Assembly (NCBI GenBank): GCA_976226885.1
Contig: OZ320323.1
Coordinates: 28,210,001-28,274,000, forward strand
Length of the DNA stretch: 64,000 bases
From: Iphione sp. A-MEVVRFRX5
Lineage: Eukaryota
Direction of reading: 5' to 3'
The position numbers and the translations under genes were made by a program. Positions 1-10,914 of this stretch are shown piece after piece. Under the pieces are notes generated by a model, which searched no databases, was not told where the DNA came from, and saw only the letters and a program-made list of their open reading frames with translations. Every line of letters begins with the position of its first letter. Position 1 is the first letter of the stretch.

Positions 1-187
1 ACAGGTGGGAATTTGGCAGGTATGCCTTGAGACCCATAAACAGGGCCATAAAAAGGGAGAAGTATTCCTCACCTGTCGGATCCCTCTCAGATTGAGTCAT
101 GGCAAGGTGTAAGTTCTCTTTGATCTAGTAACTGCTCTTGCGAAAGAGGGGAATTGCTCATTCCTGCCTGGATTGCTTCGAATTGCG

Positions 188-559
188 TCACGAAATGTTG
201 GAAACTTGCTGAGTATGCATTTGAAAAGGAACGTTAGTGTTCCCGAGATAAGGAAAGGCCGGATGGGTACACTGGGTATGCTGAGCCAGCCCGGAGGGTT
301 TGGGCATGGTCGATCTAGTTTTTGCGATGGAGTCGATCTTTAAGGGAGTCGTTGATCTAACACTTGGACAAAAGAAACATCTCAACCGTCTGCTCTGGGC
401 ACCCTGGTGTAGCTCCTTCACGTGTCTCTCCAGAGACAAACCTCTCCAGAAAGGCCTCCTCTTCTCACAGAACTCACACAAGGCTGCTCCCTCTGGGATG
501 GGAGCTCCCTCTTTGAGCACCCGGGGGAGGCAAGGCTTCCCAACCTTTTGCCTTGCCAT
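188..559 (-). CDS. Accessory ORF with two C2H2-like zinc-finger motifs, inside the gypsy element
   Basis: CEFC-x14-HVKELH and CFFC...HTQCTH; ATG at 559 preceded by acceptor-like TTGACAG; possible 5'UTR intron 562-859 (donor GTAAGC). Confidence 0.55.
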   Translation of the reverse strand: MARQKVGKPCLPRVLKEGAPIPEGAALCEFCEKRRPFWRGLSLERHVKELHQGAQSRRLRCFFCPSVRSTTPLKIDSIAKTRSTMPKPSGLAQHTQCTHPAFPYLGNTNVPFQMHTQQVSNIS

Positions 560-1399
560 GACTGTCAACAATTCGTCGGACCTTGCCAAGGGGGCCCCGC
601 ACCCTCACGGACTTGCCTCGTCAGGGAACCGCAACGGCGACCACTTTGGGGTACCCCGAGCAACAGAGGGATACGACGGCTCACCAGGCCGATAAACTCG
701 AGGGCCCGCGACGGCCGACGGCCCCGAGCGTTCACCAACAAAGTCAACGTTACCACCAGAAGCTAGGTGCTTCTTTGAGTCCGGGGGTCCACAACAGGTC
801 ATAAGTCGGGGTACCCCGACCAGCAGTTCAAATGCAATGGTGAAGAGAGGATGGCTTACCAGATCGATGAACTTGGGGTACCACGATGTCCGATTGTCGG
901 CGGTCAACACTCCTCTGGCTTTGCTTCTCCTGGACTACAATAAACACAACAGAGCTTCCTTGCTTGCAAGGCAGGTTCCTTCCTCTAACTCCTCTTCCCT
1001 GTTTAGTACAAATCCTGTGGCAGCATCCCCTTCTTTTTGGGAAAAACAAGTTTGTAAGAAGTCAGTAAACTTCTACCTCCATGTTACTCAGTTGGCCCTC
1101 CGCGCGATCTGAAAACGAGGCTGACCTCGATCTCAGTCCGGTCGGGGTTCCCCAACCCGATTTGACATCGCTTCCTAATTTCCAGGTTTCTTTCTGTTGG
1201 GGGCCCCCGACTAACATAATTTCTCTTTTCGGCTCGCTTGAAAATCAATTGACGCTGTTTCGTACATTCCGGAGGTATCCGCTTCACTCGATTCCGCCCT
1301 TGCTGCCTATTCGCGTGGTTGGGGGTCCCCAACCTCATTTTTTACACAGTTATCCGGGCGACCGGGGTTCCCCAACCCGCTGTCGATTCCCGCTTCGTC

Positions 1400-1435
1400 T
1401 ATATAAATGAGCGTGGCGGAGGCTCGGCGTCAGTG
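1400..1435 (+). promoter_or_regulatory. TATA box + initiator of the antisense gene
   Basis: TATATAAA with TCAGT about 30 nt downstream. Confidence 0.55.
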
Positions 1436-1675
1436 TGTCTACTGCCTTCGTCGTGATCACATCATGGATGTTCCTGCTTATCTGACTGGGGCCACCCAAA
1501 ATGGGTTGTACCTGCCTGAAGATGGTGACATTTGTTTTCCTCCTCCCAGGATGAGGTAGGTCTCTTCCCTTGAGGCAAGGGATCCTCACTGTTGCCAGTT
1601 CTGGAGACCATGTTGCCACCTGGCAGTTAAGTTGGCCCTCCTTGGAGGCCATGTTGACATCTGGCAGTTGAGTTG

Positions 1676-1733
1676 ATGGTGCTGCCTCTTCATGGCTCTA
1701 CCCCCGGATGCTTTGGCAGGTAAGTGGTCAACC

Positions 1734-1776
<43 letters not shown>

Positions 1777-2470
1777 CCCTTTCTCTCTTCTCATTTACAG
1801 GTCACCCCCTCCTGACAGCTATATGCGATACGTCGATATCGGAACCCCTGGGCCCACCATTCGCATCTTCGGACTACATCCGGTCATCAATCGGCCCCTC
1901 TACGTGTCTGCCCCAGGGGAGGTACGTCTAGTCGGGCCCTACCACTATGTGGACATTTCAATCCAGCCCATTTTGCCTCCCGTGGCGCCACCGACCGGCT
2001 TCTGGGCACCCCGCTTGGATGTGGTGTCCCCGGACCTGGGCCCCGAAGAACTCACCCCGTATCTTACCACCCTGGAGTCTGGGCCCCCCCATGAACAAGA
2101 CTACAGGGATCGTTGGTCGCCTGCCTCCCTGTCTACCTCGATCTTGGACCCTTGGCCATCCTCCTCTCCCTCCTGGTCACCCAGCACCAGCGCTACTTCT
2201 ACATCCAGCTCATCTTCATCGCCTCCCGCCTCCGACTATCCTTGCTCTCCTTCACCGATGGAATGGGGTACGCCAGTAGACACCCCTTCTCGCCCCACCC
2301 CACCGAACTCGCCCGAAGCAGGTCCCTTGCTCAGCCATGCTCATCTTCCTGCCTGGACGCCAGAGATCCTGGAATCCTGTTATCCCGGTCTACGGCCGGG
2401 GGACTGTCCCTGGTATCCCGTGGTTATCTCGGACACTGATGAGGGCGAGTCATTCAGGGGATACATCTAA
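1676..2470 (+). CDS. Antisense spliced accessory gene, join(1676..1719,1801..2470), ~237 aa Pro/Ser-rich protein of unknown function
   Basis: Intron GTAAGT (1720)...poly-T tract...TTTACAG (1800); splicing removes an in-frame TAA and joins ATG 1676 to the 215-aa ORF; TATATAAA at 1400-1407, Inr-like TCAGT ~1430, AATAAA ~2539. Confidence 0.6.
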
Positions 2471-2954
2471 TTGGACTGGGGGGGTGGGGATGTCGTATTA
2501 CCTTGCTGCTGTTTTTGTTATTGCATGGCTTCAGTAATAAATAATATAATAATTACATTCCTGGTTGGCACCCTTTTCTGCTTCTCACGATTGTTGCAAT
2601 CATCCTGCCATTCTGGCCAAGTAACTTCTGCCGTAGATTATACTTGTACATTCTAGTAGTTTACTGTAATGCGGTGACTACATCTTTTAAATGAATGTCC
2701 CATATCACCTCCATTAACAGGTTTTGCCACCCTCTTCCAGAGGACATAAGAGCAGCTTGGCATCTTACCCACTTCAAGAGGACAGTAGAGCAACTGGGCC
2801 CGCTTGTTCCTTTCCATGGCCGTGATGATGTCCCGCCCTTCGTCCAGAGGACATCTCCTCAACTTGGTCACCTTCTTCAAGAGGACGTAAATGCAGCTTG
2901 GTATTGTACCACTTCTAGCAGCACAATCCTGGTTACTTCTGCCTTCTAGTCCCC

Positions 2955-3915
2955 TTAACACCCCGCTCCAGGGGTAATCTTCTGTTTCGAGCAGTCCCAG
3001 GGCGTTTTATTTACCCTCACGGATCTTCTTGCGCATTCTTCAGGGTACTCATCCCCCTTGTGGGTGTCTGGGTTCCTCCCCAGCTTTTCTCGGTGGGATC
3101 CCCTTCTCCGGGACCCACCGCTTCCCCCACCATGGACCTTTTTGCCTCCCCCCCTCTGGCGATGGGGGGGGGGGCCCGGATGTCCGCCCTCCTCTCATGA
3201 GTTTTCTGAATGCCGCCAGGATGTCCGTCCTCCTCGTAGGCTCTTCCGCACTTTCCCCATGCCAGGGTGCCTACATCCCCTCAAAACTCTTCCGACTGCT
3301 CCAGGACACCATCCTTCTTCAGTATTCCCAGGGCCCTAGGGCCCCGTGGTCTTAGCCTTTTCTTGTTGTCTTCGCCACGCTACCACCCACCGGGGTACAG
3401 CCTCCCCCTTGTACTCGCGTACCCGATTTCGGTGTACGACCTTCGGTTTGGCTTGTCTGGCTCGCTGAATTACCACTCGCTCATCATCCAGCTTCTTCAC
3501 CACTAGCCATGGCCCTGTCCAGGGGAAGAATATTTTTGGACTTCTCCCTTTTGGGGGCTGGGCGTCGTGTAACCAGACCAACTCTCCGTCCGCAACAGGG
3601 TGTGCTCTTGCCCTTCGATCATAAGCCCTGGCCTGTAGCTTGGCTGCCCGTTGCAGGTGTAGCCGGGCCTCCCGATAGGCTGCTTGGAGGCGCTGCGCAA
3701 TCTCAGCTACCTTCTCAGATAACGGCTTCTCCTCTTCAGAGGGCTGAGGCACCCCGTCAATAGCGTGAACTGGTAGAATCACCTCCCGCCCAAACATAAG
3801 CATGTTGGGCGTATAACCCGTACCAGCCTGAGGGGAGGCGCGGTAAGCCATCATCAGGTAGGGTAAGGCTTCATCCCATTCGTCTTCCACCTCGTGACAG
3901 TGGGCCTTGATCATC
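2955..3915 (-). pseudogene. pol: Integrase C-terminal part and degenerate tail
   Basis: DEWDEALPYLMMAYRASPQAGTGYTPNMLMFGRE, ...KIFFPWTGPW...VVHRNRVR (GPY/F module); RRSVRVNKTPW tail near 2995-3030. Confidence 0.85.
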
Positions 3916-4738
3916 CTTGGATGCCGCAAAGATTCCCTCATGCTTCTTCAACACCTCTTCTAGTGCCCCCAGTTCTGGTTCGGACAGCTGGCTTGCAGCC
4001 GCAGTCAAGAGGGTTCTCCAAGCCTTGTCTGGTTCTAAGCAAACGCTGCGTACCTTGGGCCCGGATGCCTGAGGGGGCTCCTGTTCACTCACAGGCTGGC
4101 CCATGGCTAATGGGGTCCCTTGTTTCAGCACCACTGCTCTCTCCCCTAGGTTCCATAATGGTAGGGTCGTTCTAACTATACATCGTATCCCGAGGATACC
4201 CTTCCCCAGATTTTCCTCAGCCCCCCTTCGACAAGGAATGAGTTCCCCTAGCCACCCCCTCGCCAGCTGGTAGGGTTAAGTCATGAGCAAGACACAAGGG
4301 GGTCTCCTGTCCCCACTCTGCCGGGTCGATCCCCCTGTGGTTAAAATTTATCTCTCCTCTAGCTAAGTCTACCACTGCTTTGTGGTGGTTCAAGAAGTCA
4401 CTCCCTAGTATCCCATCCCCCTGGATCCTTGCTACCAGGAATGGATGTTGAAAATGGCCCCCCGCAATCTCTAAATCCAATACTTCTTCCCCTAAGGTGG
4501 GAATGACATGTCCTCCCGCTCCCGAGATCCGGGTTCCCCCCTTTTCCTCATCTAGGCCAGGGGCCACATCAGGGTTGATAATGGAAACTTCAGCTCCTGT
4601 GTCCACCAAAAACATGTGAGTATTGCCTCGAAGGCTTACCTGCAAGTGTGGCCCCTGGCCTTGTTCCACTATCCGCCCTGTAGGGGTCTTGTCAGCCGGG
4701 CCTCCCTGGCCTACTGGGCCGGCTGTGTTCTGTTTCCC
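3905..4738 (-). pseudogene. pol: pol N-terminus: retropepsin-type aspartic protease and pre-RT linker (frameshifted)
   Basis: FLVDTGAEVSII...GILGSDFL (ORF 4217-4759); LEEVLKKHEGIFAASKDDQG linker (ORF 3871-4134). Confidence 0.88.
4680..4738 (-). promoter_or_regulatory. -1 ribosomal frameshift signal (G GGA AAC + downstream stem/pseudoknot)
   Basis: Heptamer at 4732-4738; 6 nt later CAGCCGG pairs with CCGGCTG; loop GTAGG can pair with downstream CCTAC; the -1 frame is the protease ORF. Confidence 0.75.
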
Positions 4739-5554
4739 GAAGTGGGTAACTCTGGACAATTTCTCTTAAAATGCCCCTGCTTCCCACACTGATAGCATCC
4801 TGTAAACCGGGGCTTACGGGGCTTGGTTTCCTCCATGGCAGCATTTTCCTCGCGGAATTTCTTCAGCTCCTGAGCTATCACTTCCTCCATCTCCTTCTTC
4901 CAGGCTGGAACAGATGGGGTCTGTTGCACAGTATTGACGGTCTTGGCGCGGAACCGCTCCTGGGTCTCCATAACCTGGATGGCGTTATCCAGCGTCGTGC
5001 ATTTCGCTTCCAGGCATTTCAGATGGAGAGTATCTGCCAGTGCCCGTTGAAAAGCAGCTACTGCTGCCAGCTCCCGGGTTTCCCCGGTGACGTCCGGGTA
5101 GGCTGTTCTAACTAGCCGCCTCACTCTATCGGCTAGGTCTCGTACGTCTTCTTCTTTCCCTCGCCTCACCCCCCAAAAGTTTCTGCATGGCGATTACCCA
5201 GTCCCGCCGGCGGCCAAACCGCCGCTCCAAGGCGGCCACCCTGGAGGCGTAGTCCTTCTTTTCTTTGACTGGTAGATCGCCATAGTACATACGGGCCGCC
5301 CCCGTAAGAGACAAGGTTAGGGCTAAACATTTCGTACCTTCTCCCCAGTGACAGGCATCAGCCCATTCTGTGAACTGCCCAATCCAGCTATCCCAATCAA
5401 CAGTCTTTCCATCAAAGCGTTCCGGTTTCAAGGTGTTTACCTTCAAGGGCTCTTCAGGGGCCATCACAAAAGGCTCCTCCCCCTCCTCGTCCGGAGTTGG
5501 ACTGGGTACACGAATCTGCACTTCATCATCAACATCTACATACCTTGTAGCCAT
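4711..5554 (-). pseudogene. gag: gag (capsid-like region + CCHC zinc knuckle), one frameshift near 5170
   Basis: ORF 5126-5554 (KPERFDGKTVDWDSWIGQF...LSLTGAAR) and ORF 4711-5169 (CYQCGKQGHFKRNC) join if the G6 run near 5169-5174 loses one base. Confidence 0.88.
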
Positions 5555-5566
5555 CTTGCTTGGGGA

Positions 5567-5584
5567 ATCCCACTTCTGACACCA
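5567..5584 (-). promoter_or_regulatory. Primer-binding site complementary to the 3' end of tRNA-Leu (CAA type)
   Basis: Minus strand TGGTGTCAGAAGTGGGAT right after the LTR end ...TTACA-C; the plus strand reads GAATCCCACTTCTGACACCA, the 3' end of eukaryotic tRNA-Leu. Confidence 0.9.
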
Positions 5585-5585
5585 G

Positions 5586-6117
5586 TGTAATTTGCGTGTT
5601 TAATCCTCCACTTGGGTGTATCCAACTATTGTTACTACAGTCCAGGCTTAGTATGATCCACTGAAGTTAACCCATGTATCCTCCCAAGAGGTAGTCCCAA
5701 GTGGTTATGTGCTGCTAAGGTTCCCCGGAAGAACAAGTGCCACAAAGGTAATCCAAGTGCAAACTGGTTTATTGGTCACACAGGACCCATATTTATACCT
5801 CTCAAACAAGTCATGTGATCACAGAAAATAGCAACCATGTACTCTTCTTTGGAATAAAATGTATACAATGTCTCTTGTGTTGTCATTCTACACCAATCAG
5901 CTGTTGGCACCCTGGATGGTACCTAGAGATCCAGGGGCTAAGGTCACCTCTAATCTTAACTGGTTCGGGGTACCCCAACGATCCTTATATCTGGGGGTCA
6001 CTCGGTGCATCTAAATTCCCCTTGTGTCTGGGGTACCCCAGCCCAAACCTTCCTAGGGGTGAACAAGTACATTCAGACAAGCAGCTCAACCCTAGCTGAC
6101 TCGGGGTACCCCGTACA
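5586..6117 (-). repeat. 5' LTR (~532 bp)
   Basis: TGTA at 5586 and TACA at 6114-6117; 1 nt from the PBS; minus-strand TATAAA (5792-5797) then AATAAA (5768-5773). The outer boundary is inferred because the second LTR is not visible. Confidence 0.75.
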
Positions 6118-9100
6118 TGAAAGTTCTCCCTCTCTACAGTACGTATATAGTCAGTGTTTCCTTTGGACTGTACACAACTACTATGTCTGATGATAAAAAA
6201 GTAAGGAATGCTTTACACAGAAAAACGTAGACAATAAGAAACAGCTTGTGTAATCTTATAAATTGGTTTCTATGTGTAACACTGACAGGCATAATTATGC
6301 GTTTTACTCCAGGTCTTGGATGAAACACCACCTAAAAGTAACGGCAATGTCTGCATGTATGTCATGCGGTGAGGGTCAGTGGACATTGATATTATACACA
6401 CAGGAATGTCCTTGATCTATATTCACTGCAGTTTAGGGTTAATATAATCGTTGGCATGTAATACAGGACTGGCCTGTACCCTGAAGACTTGGATTACCTT
6501 GGACGTGTTGTCTTTTCTTCTCCTGGAGAAAATTCACCTTCCTGTGGTCACCTCAGTGCTATCAAATACCAGGTTGCATAATCATGTAGCCAATAAATAT
6601 TGATATCCTACTATGCAAAGCAATCTCCCTGAAACAGAAAAAAAGTAAACACGAGTTGTCCCCCATAAAGGACTGGCTCTAAGGGAGGGGGGGGCGGGGG
6701 GTTCCCTTCTTCTCAAATCGCTGTCTGTACCTATTGTCTTCAGTTATCTCCCTCAATCCATATTTGGGGCCAATTTGTTGATTTGGGCCATAAAACGCCA
6801 AGTTGATTGTTTGCGCCTTTCAATATTTGGTACCATTTGTTTATTTTCCCTTTTACGTACATGTCTTCTTTATGCAGAATACATTCCGGGTCATTTTGTG
6901 ACTTTGGGTCACTGGATGCTATGTGGAAAGTTTGCATCTTTCAAACCGCTTGAACCCTTTTAGCCATTTACCAAACCCTTCCTTTTTATCTAAAACACAT
7001 TTTGGATCATTCTATAGCTTTGGAGAAACATCTCTTTGAATCGGTTTGCAACTCTGGGTAACAGCAAAAAAAAACAATTTCAGAGAAAGGGGACAGTATA
7101 CCCTTAAACATGGCCGATTTTGTCCATTTTGTGCCCTTCTCTTTCATCTCGGATTCATCTATTCTCGACAATAAAATTTTTTTGTGGAGACAAAAAAACA
7201 TTTTACACCAGGTGTACATTTCGGGCCTTTTTGTCTATTCCTACCCTTCATCCATTTTCGCCTCTCATTCTTAGTTCTATTATGAATCGAATCATACGGT
7301 AACTTTCAACCATTTCCTGCTGATGTCCTACATTAGTATTTAAAGACATACTAGATTCACGTGAAACCTTTGAAAGCAGACATGTGACCTCTCACAAACG
7401 ACATGTCTGGCCGCCGTGGTCAGGGGTCAACAGCCTAGAAATTGTATTTCCTGGCTCACCACTACGGACATAGCTATAGGTCAGAAGCAATATAAAAATG
7501 CACGTTATTCAAGTGAAAGAAGTACTTTGTTTAATAAACCTGGTGGCTGGTGAATATCCTACAAGTACAGCACACACACATTTGTTTGGGACATGAGGGG
7601 GAAATCAACAAGAAGTAAGGAACATGGCGAGTACTCTTTCCTGCTCAGCTCCTTTTCTTCAACCTTCTATGTTTTGCCTTAGAAAAGAATGGAGCTCAAA
7701 GCTGCCAGTTGAAGCTACACGCGTATATGGCATGAATTGAATATACATGAGTGTATATTTATTCGATTAACTACCCCTGAAGTAGCTTACCTCTCCTGTC
7801 TGGATCAATTACGTAGGCTTTCTCGATCCATGCGGATACCATCATATATACCCACAGCAGTTCACAGCAGCCACTGTATGGCTATCGTCAAAACACAAGA
7901 CGCCCACTTAAAGATTATGAAAGCGTTAGTCCTCAAGTTCCCTTCCTCCGTGGCAAATTCCTTTCTTCCATATTCTGCAGCTTAATACTGGCCAATGTCT
8001 ACTTTGTGAACATATTTAAAATTATTCTGAGTCTTTATACCCCATAGACAATTTTGCATCACAGTTGTGCCGGGAAATGTACAGCTAAAATAGTCAATCC
8101 ATTTGAGTACAATCAGTTTACGATCAGCAGTCTAGTTACATTCTGACAAAGTCTAGCTGAAGACATGGAAAACAGTAATGTAACATTCCTGCGAGAAAGA
8201 GAAAAGAGAGAGGATGTGAAAGGGAGGGAGAGAGAGAAGGTGAGAGGGGGAAAAGGAGCTGAGGGGCAAAGACTGGTAGACACAGAGAGACAGGATGAAA
8301 GGGAGCGGGAGGGGGGGGACATCCTGTCACCAGTTATAGAGAGGGAACTTGAAGTATCCATATCCATACTGGCACTCCAAAAATAGTACATAATGAAACA
8401 ACTCCTGCTGGATCTGTCAAGACAAACATGCTATGCAGAAAAAGGCCTCCTCGCGACTGAGGTCAACACCATCTCAAATCTTTTGTCGAGGGAATAAAGA
8501 AAGTTGAATCTTATTTATTAATATGATCGTTACCTGCGAGTAGACATGAACATTAGTTCATCTTGTCGCCATTTCTTCTACTGTGCTATCTGAAGAATCT
8601 GAACATCCACGCTACAGGCTACCATAACTATTCAAAAATGGTGCCATTCGTAATCAGCTACAGTTATAAAAGAGTCACATTTCAGTAAGCTGGGCATAAT
8701 CCACATCTTTATTCGATTACAAGATATAATTCCTAATAAGGGTTCCTGGCCTTGTTTTAGCTGTGACCCAAACTATAGTATTCACTGTTTACTTTTTTTG
8801 AGTGACACTAGAGCTGGACCAATCACAGTGTATCCCGCCCAAGATGGGGGAACTTGCACCATAGAAAAACAAAGCTGTCTAGCACTGCAATAAATTGGGA
8901 GGTTAAATATCTCTTTTAATATTGCAGATAGACTTATTTGCTTTAAATAGCATAAAGAATATAAATTAACCCTGCTTCTAACCAACATTTGTATTTTTCC
9001 ACCACATCGACTCTGAAAGTTGACAGGGGGAGGAGTTATCACCTCAAAAGTGACAAGTGAATTCTAGCTGGCTTTGTGACCCATACTTCAACTATGACCA

Positions 9101-10914
9101 ATACACATAAGGTGAAAAAAGAACTTTCAAACAACGCTTGGCAACCCATTTAATAAGACATCGTGATCAAAGTTTTGATCAGAACCCAGGGGTTCTTCAC
9201 CCCTGTGTTAACCTGTACGTTAGTCCGGTAAAGCCTCACCAATGGGAACACCCTGAATTTAAAATGAAATTGTCTCTATTTTCGGGGTGTTCCTAGTCCT
9301 GGAATGTACAATTTGGAGCCAAAATCTAATGTTGTTGTGGCCAAAGATGTCCCGCATCTACGGGTCTCCCTTGTCTTGGGTGTCCCTATAATTTTCTCCC
9401 TTATTTTCTTGATTCAGTATCTGAGTATTAGCATATATCCCCCTCCCCAGAACTAAGGGCATGTCTTGGTACCATGTCTTGAATCCCGAGATATTTGAAT
9501 ACACCAAATACGGTATTTCCTGCTCTTCTCTGTGTGCTGTTCTTTGCTGAATTTATTTTTTAAACCAGCAAAAAGGAATTCCCCTTTCCATTGCAACAAA
9601 AATTATTCGTAACACCCAAAATGATATGCGGTACGAGCCTCAACACTATCCTGCAATCAGAGGCTGGTGCATGCGTAAGAGGGCACTGATTATATACGAG
9701 TTGTTGGTATGTCCCTCACGAACTGAAACCCTGCACCAGTGCAAAGGGCTATGCGCGAATTAGTAGTTTTCACTTCACACGGAAGTTTGAAGGAAAGTTT
9801 GGAAGGAAAGTAGACTTCTACATGCCATGTGTTTGAATGTGATAGCGGGAAAGAGGAAACAATATGCGCATCTTCAAACCTTGCAGTTGCTCACGAATCT
9901 CAACCAGAGTATTACACACAACATAAACAACAATAACTGCTAACCTTGAAAGGTTATGACTGTGGATATCCTGCTAAATATGATCGTCAACAATGTCAAT
10001 ACTGCCTACAAAACCAAGGACGCCCAACGAGAACGAGAAACTGAAATGTTCAAGTCCCCATTATTGATTTATCCCACATCATTATATGTATCACAAAATA
10101 GAATTTTAACATTGTGACCAAAACTTTGTCTATATTTCACCTGTTCCTAAAAATGGGCGGATTATATCATTTTACTATATGTATTATAGCTGTGAAATAT
10201 CCATGAATGTACACTATATACAACCAGGAGATAAATTCCTAATACTCAATCTCTGAAAATATGCAATTGGCAAATGATTTTCTCTGATGGAAATGGGTCT
10301 TTTTCTACAGCAATCATACTCAACATTCAAGTATACTTGATTTCCACCCAAAATCTGTGATATGCCGACTATTCGGATATCAAAAATCGACTTTTCAGAA
10401 TGCTTCATATATGTCGCAGGTGACTTATATATGACACTGAAATTATCCCTAATACTCTTATCATTTACCACATGTTCATCGTGAATTTGCAAAGGAATAT
10501 CTTGAAATATTAGACAGTTTCAGGTCTTGTGAAATTTTGATTAATGTAAGATGAAAGAACTGGTGCTGCTATTTAACCACGTGTGCAGTGTTCAAGGCCA
10601 GAGGCCAAGAATGGAAATAGTTAATTTAAGCTAAAGTGTTCTCATGATGAAAGTGTTTTGATGCTAACGTGTTCTGATGATGCTTCTGTGTAATGATTTA
10701 AGATCTCCACAAAAAGAGTAGGAGATGATAATTTAACAAGTGGATCGTCCACCTTTTAAATAAAAGTAAACATTTCGTGTGACCTCATATGGCAGTTGTT
10801 GACGTGTGTCCTCTATGTTTTGGTTGTGGTGATCATTACTTTCTTGATTTTCATTTCATCTAAAATAAGATAATAATGCTCTTTAACACAGGATTCCTGC
10901 AGGCTTCACACACA

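Larger units (their letters stand above)
1..6117 (-). mobile_element. Ty3/gypsy LTR retrotransposon, internally deleted (non-autonomous), with accessory genes; 3' LTR lies outside the window
   Basis: Minus-strand order: LTR (TGTA...TACA), tRNA-Leu PBS, gag with CCHC knuckle, GGGAAAC slippery site, aspartic protease, pre-RT linker joined directly to the integrase C-terminal half. Confidence 0.92.

Noticed and set aside
1692-1931. 79-aa ORF with poly-Phe
   Set aside because: It reads through the intron's poly-T tract; the spliced frame from ATG 1676 explains the region better
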